Assembly (NCBI RefSeq): GCF_009914755.1
Contig: NC_060941.1
Length of the DNA stretch: 64,000 nucleotides
Strand: one strand, 5' to 3'
From: the human T2T-CHM13v2.0 reference genome, Homo sapiens
How positions within the stretch are numbered: the first letter of the stretch is position 1; the number at the start of each line of letters is the position of its first letter. The notes under the pieces are model-generated. The model was not told where the DNA came from. It ran no database searches and saw nothing but the letters and a program-made list of their open reading frames with translations. A program made the position numbers and the translations under genes. Shown here piece by piece: positions 16,202 through 36,486 of the stretch.

Positions 16202-16810
16202 ACAAAGGGGATCTTTATCCTTGCCAATGGGACTATGAAAAGAAGGAACACTTTAGAAAACAATTTGGCATTATCTACTCAAAATGAAATACGCGTACCC
16301 TTGATTTAAGAATTCCACCCCAAGTATATACCCTAGAGAACCTCTTACAGTACATGCAAATCAGGAAACAAGGATAGCCACCCTCTATAACAGAAAAAGA
16401 ACAAACACCCCTACACCAATTCAGAAAATAACTGCAATGAGAATAAGGAGTAGAGCGGTAATTTACCCAGTGTAATAGCACACAGGTGAAATGTACCTAT
16501 TTGCAACACAGATCAATTTGAAGAATATTGAGCAATAAAAGTAACAGAAGAATGCATTCATTATCATTCCACATATAAACAGTTCAAAATCATGAAATAC
16601 ATTGTTTAAACATGCAAATTTGGTAAAATTATGAAGAAAAGCAATAGTAAACCCAGAGTTAGGAATATGAGAAAGGGACAGAAGAAAGCAGCGGAGTGTA
16701 GGGGACAGAAGATAATGGTAATGTTCATTTTCTTAAAATAGGTAGATTCAAGATGTGCCATGGATTGTGATTTTTCAGACAGTGTATTTCGGTTTCTCCC
16801 TCAACCCCCA

Positions 16811-17044
16811 CAAATCAATAGGTCTTTTATTGAGTAATTTAAATATCACGAATAGGTCTTACGAATCATCTGGCATCTTGTTTCTGTAGCTGGACAACTC
16901 TTAGACTTTATTCACCAACTTGCAGAACTATTCCGTTTTCAGAGACATAGATATTCAATAACAATTTTCTGCTATGTTTTTAACTGTTGCAGCTTGCTGA
17001 ATCAAAGCAGCTGAATTTGAAACCAGCTCAATGTTGTATCCTTT
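16811..17044 (-). pseudogene. Processed RPL9 3' fragment (C-terminal codons, stop, 3'UTR with AATAAA), fused to the U3 fragment
   Basis: Translates [23 protein letters not shown] / frameshift / IYVSENGIVLQVGE* versus RPL9 [23 protein letters not shown]...IYVSEKGTVQQADE*; ends AATAAAAGACCTATTGATTTG like RPL9 mRNA. Confidence 0.9.
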
Positions 17045-17113
17045 GGTGCTCTACACCTTCAGAAAACTTCTATAGTAACAAACTATAGAAATGATCCCTG
17101 AAAGGATAGTCTT
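17045..17113 (-). pseudogene. U3 snoRNA pseudogene fragment, nt 1-70 (5' part of a chimeric retrocopy)
   Basis: Minus strand AAGACTATCCTTTCAGGGATCATTTCTATAGTTTGTTACTATAGAAGTTTTCTGAAGGTGTAGAGCACC versus U3 AAGACTATACTTTCAGGGATCATTTCTATAGTGTGTTACTAGAGAAGTTTCTCTGAACGTGTAGAGCACC. Confidence 0.93.
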
Positions 17114-17339
17114 CACTTCAGTTTCTATCATTTCAATATTTAATTTTAAAAGAAGAGACCAAATAACCCACATGTGAGCAATTAATCTATATTATTTCCT
17201 CTTCTAAGGTGGATGGGTGCCTTCCATCTTTGACTCCTTTCTAGACCTAACATAAAACTGTGGACAGATGTTATACAATAAAAGGGAAGTTTTTAACTAC
17301 CGGCCCTATCTGTAAAGACCAAGGAGATAGAAGACCAAC

Positions 17340-17651
17340 TTTTTGTTTGTTTGTTTTTTGTTTTTTTCTGAGATAGAGTCTTGCTCTGTTGTCCAGGCTG
17401 TAGTGCCACGGTGCAATCTTGGCTCACTGCAACCTCCGTCTCCCAGGTTCAAGCGATTCTCCTCCCTCAACCTCCTGAGTAGCTGGGATTACAGGCACAC
17501 GCCACCAGGCCTGGCTAATTTTTGTATTTTTAGTAGAGGGGAGGTTTCACCATGTTGTCCAGGCTAGTCTCAAACCCCTGATCTCAGGTGTTCCACCCGC
17601 CTCGGCTTCCCAAAGTGCTGGGATTACAGGCATGAGCCACCACGCCTGGCC
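17340..17651 (-). mobile_element. AluS
   Basis: TSD agaagaccaac. Confidence 0.92.
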
Positions 17652-18103
17652 AGAAGACCAACCTTAAAGGAATAGGTAGATGACTAATAGTCTTGCCTAT
17701 ACCCTACATAATACAGTATATGAAGATACATTAGTGCCCAAGTGATCAGGATGCTAGATCAAAAAGTCAAACAAAGAAACTAAACTGAAATAACAACCTT
17801 ATCATTAGAAACTTTACCATCAGTGAAAAGAAACAGACCAGCATACTAACCATATGAATGCAGAATATCTAGTCAAAAACAGCTGGGTGTCTTAGGAGAA
17901 AAGCAAGCAGATTATACAGTAGTTTTGAGAACGAGACTACAGGATAATACCATTAAAAAATGAAGTCAATGAAAAAATGTAATTCAAATACCCAAATCAC
18001 ACAATTTCCAAAAACTAATAGGATACTTACAAAAAAACAAAAGTATGATATTTAAAATAAACTTACCCTGAAATAAGTGAAGTTACTAGCTGCTAAATAA
18101 ATG

Positions 18104-18190
18104 TCACTCAAAAGCAGTCTCTTGGCTTTTTCTTACACAGCGGGCAACTTTTCTTTTAAATTCTCCATTTCTATCTTCCCTCCATTCTTT
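18104..18190 (-). CDS. UBE2G1: UBE2G1 exon 5 coding part: KEWREDRNGEFKRKVARCVRKSQETAFE* (TGA 18106-18104); exon continues 37 nt as 3'UTR to the donor after 18067
   Basis: Acceptor ctacAG at 18191-92; in frame with exon 4; donor GTAAGT at 18066-61. Confidence 0.97.
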   Translation of the reverse strand, partial: KEWREDRNGEFKRKVARCVRKSQETAFE

Positions 18191-18498
18191 CTGTAGATTA
18201 AAAAAGCAGTATCAAGTGATTTCATGCAAACTCCCCTTTATAATCTCAAATATTTATTTTAATTTTGAATGTAATCCCTTGGTGATTTGTACACTTCAGA
18301 AACATTATAGAGTTGAAAAGGTAGAAAGCAGTTAGACATACTTTTTCAAGACACTACCAGGATATACAGGCAGAAATCTCCTATGCAAATTACCTCTACA
18401 TTAAAAATTATCTTTAAAAAAGAAAAAGGTCACAAAAGAACATTTACAGTTTTGTATTACACTGAAATAGAAAGCTAAAATATACCAATAAGACATTC

Positions 18499-23786
<5,288 letters not shown>

Positions 23787-24367
23787 CCGATTCCTTACTT
23801 TTTATCTTTTGTGTTAACTACTGTAGGACTTTGCTCCGTGGTTAAAATGAGGCTTACAAAAAAATTTCACAGTTACGACAAGCCATTTTAAGCTGATAAA
23901 AATCTGATTGCATTGAAAAACTACACTTCTGCTCTGCCCATTCCACCCCCAATTCTAAATTTGGTGTCACAGTTTACATCCTAATAACGACGTATAGTAT
24001 TCTTGAAAACTGCTGAGAGGAGAATTTAAGTGTTCTCACAATAAAATTAGTAAGTATGTGAGGTAATGCATATGTGAATTAGCTCAAATTAGCCATTCCA
24101 CAACATATCCATATTTCAAAACAACATGTTGTATACAATAAATATGCACTTTTGGTCAGGCATGGTGGCTCACACATGTAATCGGAACAATTTGGGAAGC
24201 CAAGGCTGGAGGACCACTTGGGCCCAGGAGTTTGAGGTTGCAGTGACCTATGATTGTGCCACTGCACTCCAGCCTAGGTGACAGAGAGACCCTGTCTCAA
24301 AAAAAATAAAATAAATACGTAAATAAATATATTTATTTTGTCAAAAATAAGAACTATGGGAAGAGAT

Positions 24368-24392
24368 ACACACACACACACACACACACACA
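24368..24392. repeat. (CA)n microsatellite ~100 bp downstream of the exon 4 donor
   Basis: Run of about 12 CA units. Confidence 0.9.
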
Positions 24393-24492
24393 CGCATGCA
24401 TACATTCATGCATACTTACATACATACTAACTATAGTTCAGGTTTTATTACAAGGGAAAGTGAAGGGAAGGGAAGACGTGTGACCACCTTAC

Positions 24493-24671
24493 CGCAGCAT
24501 CAACATTAGCAGGTGAGTCTCCATTAGGGTCTGCCAGCATAGAAATGACACTAATCATGATGGTTTCCACAGTGTGGATAGGGAGCCAGCGTTCCTCTGG
24601 CTTTTCATAACCATACTTATCTTCCCCAGGCTCATGAAGAATAGAAATGCACACATCACCATTTTTATCAA
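24493..24671 (-). CDS. UBE2G1: UBE2G1 coding exon 4 (179 bp): DKNGDVCISILHEPGEDKYGYEKPEERWLPIHTVETIMISVISMLADPNGDSPANVDAA; catalytic Cys codon 24649-24651 and Ubc7/Cdc34-type acidic loop
   Basis: ORF track 24448..24684; acceptor ttttgcAG at 24672-73; donor GTAAGG at 24492-87. Confidence 0.98.
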
Positions 24672-25699
24672 CTGCAAAATTCAAGAAGAGGCTTGTTTCA
24701 TATATTACTAATTTGGTTATACATGAAATATCAATTACAAATGTGATCCTGATTCACACAGTACCTTTATCAAACATGACACATACGCAGAAGTTAATGT
24801 CCAAAATGCAATGTGTTGACTTTTTAAGAAGACTATAGTATAGATTGTACTACATACACAGGATCCATCTGACAAACCCAATAGGAATACAAGCTATCTT
24901 TTTCATTTATGTAAAACATGAAGATATCTAGCACGTAGATGGTGCCTAACATTTACATGTCTTAAGTATAATATAATAAATGAATAAATAGCAACTATTG
25001 GATGTGTTCTTCATTTGCAGAAAGCATATTTTTCCAAAAACTAGCAACTGAGTTTCTATGTAATGGCCTCCTAGTTTCCCCACTAACTTACCGACTTAAA
25101 TTGGTAATAGTCAAAGGCCCAGAGACTATTCCTAAGAAATATATTTTTACAATCATATAAAGGCAAAATTGTATTTTCTGAGAAAGGAGTATATTCAAAT
25201 TCACAAAACAAACATGCCATACTGCCAATGAAAACTCATCAACATATACGACACTCAAGAGGCCTCCTTTCTATAAACACATTTAATAAGAAAACATCCT
25301 TATTTTTAGGAGACATGTATTGACATAACTGTTTAAGCAGTTTAGCAAAAAAGTAAAATATTACTTATTCATTAAAAAAAGGTCCTAATCCACTAATTCA
25401 TTTATACATCATATAAATAATCCCTATTGTGAAACTAATCTTTTATGGTAACATTTACCCACCGTAAATTTTTTTAAAAATCATACTTTGAGGAAGAAAT
25501 TTTAGAAAGGAATTTGAGTAGTGACAATGTTTATGTATATTTCATTCCTAACTTATCCTATATAGTCTAACAAATTTGTGAATAAATATAATGCTAAATC
25601 TTATTTTTCGTTTCATAACATCAGTATTTCTGCTGTTATGAACTCTGGGTAATCAGAATCAAAGTTTGTATCTACCAATCAATATCATTGCTCTCTTAA

Positions 25700-25903
<204 letters not shown>

Positions 25904-27288
25904 TGACTTTTTTTTTTTTTTTTGGTAGAGATGGGGGTCTCACTATGTTGCCCAGGCTGGTCTCAAACTCCTGGGCTCTAGTGATCCTCCCACCTCAGCC
26001 TCCCAAGTAGTTGGGACCATAGGCACATGGCACCATTCCTGGCTTTTTTTTTTTTTTTTTGGTAGAGATATAGTCTTACTATATTGCCCAGGCTGGTCCC
26101 AAACTGGGATTACAGGAAACAGCCCCTGCGCTGGCCGACAAATACTTTTTCAATGCCTACTGCATGCCAGGCACACATCTGACAGAGAAGTACAGCAGTG
26201 AATATATGACAGGCAAGGCCCGTGCCTTCAATGTTTTATGTATGAGGTTTTCTATAATTAAGGTTCCTCTTCCCAACCCATCCCTATCTGCTAGTAAAAT
26301 CTATTTACTAAAATAGAATCAGGGCCAGAATAACACCGAGGGCCGGGCGTGGTGGCTCACGCCTGTAATCCCAACAGTTTGGGAGGCCGAGGAGGGCAGA
26401 TCACCTGCGGTCAGGAGTTTGAGGCCAGCCTGGCCAACATGGAGAAATCCCATCTCTACTAAAAATACAAAATTAGCTGGCTGTTGTGGCACATGCCTGT
26501 AATCCCAGCTACTTGGGAGGCTGGGGCAGGAGAATTGCTTGAAGCCGGGAGGCAGAGGTTGCCATGAGCCAACATCACACCACTGCAGTCTAGCCTGGGC
26601 AACGGGCAAAACGCCATCTCAAAAAAAAAAAAAAAAAAAAGGAATAACATCAAAACTTGTAACACTACAAAATTCAGCATAAAAATTTCATAGAGTATTA
26701 CTATTTTACAATGTTTTCTGTACTTACTGTGTAATAAGGATTTTTTCCAAGTCATTTTTCTTTAAAAACATGCTATTAAATATGTGTACAGAATTCTACC
26801 ACCACTATATAAGATCCATTTTCCTTTTTAAAAAAAATCAAGTTATCACTAATCCAGGATCTTTACATTTTTAACCTTCTCATGTCATTTTAAACATACC
26901 ATTTATTTTAGAATGAGAAGATTTTTAGGCTTAATACCTATTATCAAACCATATTTTAAAGGATTGTATCAATTTATACTGCCATCAGCAATCTGAGATG
27001 GCCATTTCATTGCCTCCTCAGGATGAACATTTTCCTTTATTGATGCTGTTTAAATTTCATATATAACATCTGGTTTAATTCACTTTTCTAAATGCTTTTG
27101 GGGTGACAACTTTCCATGGATATAACCTGTATGTCCTTCCTCTTTTGTGAAATGTCTGTTCTTATCCTTTAGCCAGTTATGTACTTAATGTTTACTTTCC
27201 TCTTGCCACGGTGTTTCTTAGTTTTCCCCATATAATTTTTGCTTGTTACTTTTTTCTTTCATTTCAGTGTTCATTAGAGATGAAACTA

Positions 27289-27576
<288 letters not shown>

Positions 27577-28229
27577 TCAAAAAAAAAAAAAAAAAACCCA
27601 AACCAAAACCAAACAAACAAAACTAAGCTGCCTAAACAATGCATATACTTCTAGCTACCTCCTTTTTCTTGAGGCCATGCACCTAAAATTCTGAAAAACT
27701 GATTTACCCTCATCTTCTCTATTTACTTACTACTCAGGTATTCCTTTATTCTCCTAGAAACTGGCTTCTCCCTAGCAGGATGCTACAACTGTGTCCACAA
27801 GTGGTCTGGATAGCATATTTATTCTCCTGGGTACTTTCAGCTACCTGAAGTCACCCCTCTGGGCCAAGACAACTAATACTGTGACAACACTTTGCTGGAT
27901 ACATTTTCCTCCCCTGGCATCTGTGGTACTCTTGTTTTCCCCTGGTTCTTGAACATTCTCTCAGTCACTTTCTAGTTTTCATTTTCCTTAATTTGACTTT
28001 TGATGTTATCCTAATCTCCAACATTAACTATATTTTCCGTAGGAAAACTAACCCATTCATTATCATGTTATCTATCATCCTGATACAGTAACTTCCAAGG
28101 CCCTTAAGCTCATTGCTGAACCCTGGACTGGTTTAACTAATTATCTAACTGGGTGTAGCAAGTATACCTCAAGAAAAGCTGAATATATGTAAGGTCAGTC
28201 ACATAAAACTATTCCCCTATAATAATTTT

Positions 28230-29010
28230 ATAACATCTCTATAACTCACCTACTATACAATTCACCTATTTGAAAAGCACGATTTAATGGTTTCTGTCTA
28301 GTATGTCTACAGAGTTGTACAATCAATACCACAATCAATTTTAGAGTATTTTTTCACCCTACAATGAAACGCAGTACCAGTTAGCAACCATTCCTCAATC
28401 CCCCCCACCTCCCCTCCAGCAGTAGGGAACCACTAACCTACTTTCGGTCTCTATGGATTTGTCTATTCTTGACATTTCATATAAAGGGAATCGTACACTA
28501 TGTCACCTTTTTCGACTGACTTTGTTCACTTAATATAATGTTTCCAAGGTTCATCTATGTTGTAGCAAGTATCACTACTTCATTTCTTTCTTTTCTTTAG
28601 AAAACAATATCATGTAATTCATTTCTTTTTATTGCCAAATAATATTCCGTTATATGGGTCCACATTTTGTTTTTCTATTTATCAGCTGATAGACATTTGG
28701 GCTGTTTCTACTTTTTGGCTGTTATGAATAATAAATGCTGCTGTGAACACTCGTGTTCGAGTTTTTCTGGACATGTGTTTCAGTTTTCTTGGTTAGGTTC
28801 CTAGGATGGAAGTGCAGGGTCCTATGGTAACTATGCTTAACCTTTTGAGGACTGCCAGGCTCTTCTCCAAACACCCGCACCATTTACCTTCTTGCCAGTA
28901 GTGCATGGGAGTTCTAATTTCTCTACTTCCTCATTGACATTTGTTATTATCTTTTTGATTATAGGAATCCTAGTGGGTAAAAAGTGGTATTTCATTATGG
29001 TTTTCACTCT
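28230..29010 (-). mobile_element. L1MB-type 3' end fragment
   Basis: Antisense L1 3'UTR motifs (aaccactaacctactttcggtctctatggatttg, gatagacatttgggctgtttctac). Confidence 0.8.
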
Positions 29011-29680
29011 ATAATTATTTTTGTAAATGGCCAGTCAATCCTAAACTCTTACTTCTCCTTTACCATTCACCTCTGGCAGTCAAGTCAAAGAAACTAAATT
29101 ACCCTTCCTGCAACACTATTCTTAGTTCAAGTTTTTATTGTTTTTTACTCAAATTATTGCTAAAATGCTCTACCTCCCTGCTATCTCTCTGACTTCCCCT
29201 TCCAATCTTCTATGAGTGTAATCTTTCAAGAAGGAAAATATAAGAGAAACCTATTACATAGCTTTTTTATTTTTTGTCATTTTCTCTTTTTGTCATGACA
29301 ATATGTACAGCTTTAAATGTCATGAATTAAACGAGTCCTCACAGCCTAAAGAATGAAGTTCAAGCCAAGCATCATCTTCATTCAAAATTCCATCTAAGAC
29401 CAGGCGCGTGGCTCACGCCTATAATCCCAGCACTTTGGGAGGCTGAGGCAGACAGATCACATGAGGTCAGGAGTTCAAGACCAGCCTGTCCAACATGGTG
29501 AAACCCCGACTCTACTAAAAATACAAAAATTAGCCAGGCGTGGTAGTGGACACCTGTAATCCCAGCTACTCAGGAGGCTGAGGCAAGAGAATCGTTTGAA
29601 CCCAGGAGGCAGAGGTTGCAGTGAGCCAAGATTGTCCCACTGCATTCCAGCCTGGGCGAGACAGTGAGACTCCGTCTCAA

Positions 29681-29719
<39 letters not shown>

Positions 29720-29855
29720 AAGTCTCTTCAACCTTAAAACAAAACACACCACCATTTTATCAGCTGTCCTCTTAAACTACCTAGGTGATTGCTCTCTTTC
29801 TTTTTACCAGAAGGGAAGTCTCCCATGTATTTGCTTACATGTATGTTTTCATCTA

Positions 29856-30014
<159 letters not shown>

Positions 30015-30180
30015 TTAGCTGGGTGTGGTGGCGTGTCCCTGTCATCCCAGCTACTTGGGAGGATCACTTGAGCCCAGGAGGTCAAGGCTGCAGTGAGCTG
30101 TGATCATGCTATTGCACTGCAGCCTGGGTGGCAGAGTGAGACCCTGTCTTAGAAAAAAAGGACGGAATGGGAGAAACGTA

Positions 30181-30270
30181 AGTGAGGGAGGGAGGGAGCG
30201 AGAGAGGGAGAGAAGGGGAAAAGGAGGGGCAGAGTGGGGGAAGGAGAGACGGAGGGAGGGAGGAAGGCAA
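30181..30270 (+). repeat. GA-rich polypurine low-complexity tract
   Basis: GGGA/GAGA repeats following an Alu tail. Confidence 0.8.
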
Positions 30271-31490
30271 GCTAGCTAGCTTAAGGCTCCAACAGGGTTT
30301 GCCTAGAGTTACACAGCTAGTCTGTGGTGAAGCCAACATTCAGAATCTGTTACATCTTCGAAATAGGTGCAAAACGATTGCCTATTATAATCAAGTAATG
30401 CAAGTGAAGGTAGAAGAAACTGTCGAAAGCCTAGGAAGAGATAAAAGAAAAGCCAAAGCACAAGAGGCAAGTGTCACCCATTCATGCATGCCCGCATCAT
30501 GCAGGAATACGGTTAATGCATTCTGCCATCAACTGTTAGAGATATTTTCCTCTTCTTACTGGTAGGAAAAATCACTATCTTTTACGATCACTGCTGCCTT
30601 AGATGCAATAAAATACGCTAAGTCCCTTGGCTCCCAGTAGTTCTCCATTTGCCAGTTCCAGTCTCTCCTAATGCCCATCTGGTTTTCAAGCCTTGGCTTC
30701 TATTACGTATTCCATATCCTTCCGATAAATCCTTGTTTAACTTCATTCAATCATTCATTCCTGTCTCGCTGATTCCAGCTTAAACTAATCTATATGTTTC
30801 TATTCCCTGCACCCAGAAGTCTTGATGATGCGAAGCCAAATGCAAATTAGTATAATAGCCTAAAGAGACAACTCTGATTACATAGTCAAAATAATTAGAA
30901 AAGAAATCTCTGCAAGTTCTATCATACAAAACAAAGCCAAAAGTTCAGAGAGACTGTTTTATAAATATAGCTTATCTGGCCTAAACTTTGGGGACTTTAT
31001 TTTACTTTATAGAGAATTTTTTTTTTAATTTTTAAATAAGACGTAGTTATTGGGGGCTTATATACAGGGGAGAGAGTCCAGTGGCAGCTGGCTAGGCAGG
31101 AGAACTGCCACCGTGTGGATTTGAAGTGGTAGCTCTTCTTTAAGTAAAAAAAGTCAATGTCATCACTACGTGCACAGCCATACTAGATGCTTTCCAGGCT
31201 TAAAAAATGTAATATGTTGTTTCATATGACACTGCCGGTAATCTTACACCTATGAATACACATAGAAGAGTTATCCATGGTATAAAAATAATATGAAAAA
31301 CTATAAGTTACAGAACCAGGTTTCATAATTTCTGTGTTCTTTGTAATAGCCAGTGAATCATCTAATACCTTGATAATTATCCCCTCAATTATAGGAGTTC
31401 TATTGATGTTATCCCTCAGTAACCATGCCCTCTGGTTTAAAACACGAGTCTCAAACCAAACTGAAAACTAAGTAAATAAATAAAAAATAA

Positions 31491-31747
<257 letters not shown>

Positions 31748-31964
31748 TGATCCGCCTGCCTGGCCTGCTGGGATTACAGGTGTGAGCCACTGCACCTGGC
31801 CTCTCCTCCTTTTAAAGGTTTTAGTACACAGCCATGTGCACAATGAACAGTACAAAAATGCCAAAGCAATTTCACTGAGAAACAGATCTTTCTTATTGAC
31901 CTTGAACACTTCAATAACAGGCCATCAAATCTGCAAATGTAAAAGTAAAACTAGATAAACTTAC

Positions 31965-32062
31965 CATTTGGGTGCCAGATTTCTGTAATGAATTTCATTT
32001 TAGGAGGTCGGAGGGGATAATCTTTTGGGAAAGTAAGATGAGCCTTAAAAACACCACCTTCA
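31965..32062 (-). CDS. UBE2G1: UBE2G1 coding exon 3 (98 bp): [32 protein letters not shown](V)
   Basis: Contains the E2 PxxYPxxPP and HPN motifs; acceptor ttttccAG at 32063-64; donor GTAAGT at 31964-59; phases consistent with exons 2 and 4. Confidence 0.97.
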
Positions 32063-33425
32063 CTGGAAAAAAGAACAAAAAGAAGTTCTTGCCTATAAGT
32101 TCCTGCTTTTAAGTATAGAAGTGTTAAAACAAATATAAAACAAGGGTGCTAGCACTAACATCAAAAATGAAGTAAACAAATAATCTGGATTCCCACAGGC
32201 AGTTACTTTCTCAACTAAGTAGTTTAATAAACTGTCATGGCTATCACATTGATTAAACTTTCAAGAGAGCTGGTAAAATGAAATCATCTGCTAAAAAGAC
32301 ATTCACACCAGATCAGATCAGATCATATTACTGCTATGCTACAAACCCTTCCATCACTTCCCAGTGCACTTAAAACAAAATTCAGAAGGTTTAACATCAC
32401 CAATTTCTCTATGTTGATTTGAAACTAGCCAGTCGTCTTTCTATTCCTCAAACACATCAAACCCTTTCTCATCTCAAAACTTATGGACATTTTCTTTTTC
32501 CTTATCTAGGAATAGATATATTGCCTCCATCTATCCATTTATTCATTTCATCATTTAACAAGTATTTACTCGGCATTTATGTGTCAAACTCCAGGGGTAT
32601 AGCAGCAAAAAAAATCTCAAGAGTGACTTTCCAGAACAGCACTGTAAAACCAAACTGTAATGCTGGAGATGTTCTGTATTTGTGCTGTCCAATAATGTAG
32701 CCACCAACCACTTGAAATATGCCCTGTGACTGCTATTTTAGACAATACACCTCCAGATCACTGACACTTAATCAGCAGTCATTCTTAAGGAATCATCAAA
32801 AGAACAATACAATGAGTTGTATACATTAACTAAAACCACAGAGATCAAGTCAGCCTTAAAGGGCAAAAATACTAAATTCCTGTCTTGCGGCCTTGGTACT
32901 AAATATTTCCTCTGTTGGAAATACTTTTCTCCCTTTGTCTTCTGATTATCATTCGGTACTCAGCTTAAACGTTACCTCTAGAAAGATTTTATTTGACTAA
33001 AATCTAAACTAGCCACCAGGTCCCTTCTAGTACATTGACCTCTTTAAATTTCTTTATTGCAGTACCATTTGCACATCTGATTCTTCTGTTGTTCAATGTG
33101 TCCAACCATTAGAATCATGATTGTGGTTGTTTCAGATCAGTGAGAAATGAAATTCTCAGCTCATTAAATGGTTTTCATTCACTGAACAAATATACATTGA
33201 TTACCCAGTTACTCTAACCATTGGTCTACGTAAAAGGATACAACAGAGAACAAAGCATTAAAGAGCACTGTGGAGCTTATCATTTTAGTGGCAGAAGGAA
33301 AATATCTACCAAGAAAAATATCAGTAGTAAGTGTTGTCATGGAATGATATGAGGAATCTATTGTTACATTTTTAAAAGCAGGTATTTCTAAAACAAGCTA
33401 ATTTGTCTTTAAAGAAAAAGTGGGA

Positions 33426-36195
<2,770 letters not shown>

Positions 36196-36486
36196 GAGAG
36201 AGAGAGATATGTAACCAGCAGTTTCACATTTGAAAGTGTTTAAAAACCCAGGCCTAGTTCAATTTTTTTCCATGAGGCCTCCATTACTGTTTTTGAGTTA
36301 AATTATAAAAATCTTACAAGGATCAAATCCTACCATACTGCCATATTTATTTTATGTAAATAATGTGCTGTATGCTGCCGTCTGCAATTTGCTCAACATT
36401 GTTCTATTAATCTATAGTCCTGTTGTAGCTGTCTCTTGTCCATTCATTCTATCCGCCACAGTTCACTATTATTCTACGATAGTCAG

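Noticed and set aside
17045-17113. Functional intronic U3 snoRNA
   Set aside because: Only the 5' 70 nt are present; boxes C', B, C, D and the snRNA-type promoter are missing
24448-24684. 78-aa ORF as a standalone gene
   Set aside because: It is UBE2G1 exon 4 plus intronic read-through on both sides
24930-24948. CTCF-like gcacgtagatggtgcc (and similar at ~4127)
   Set aside because: Mismatches at key core positions
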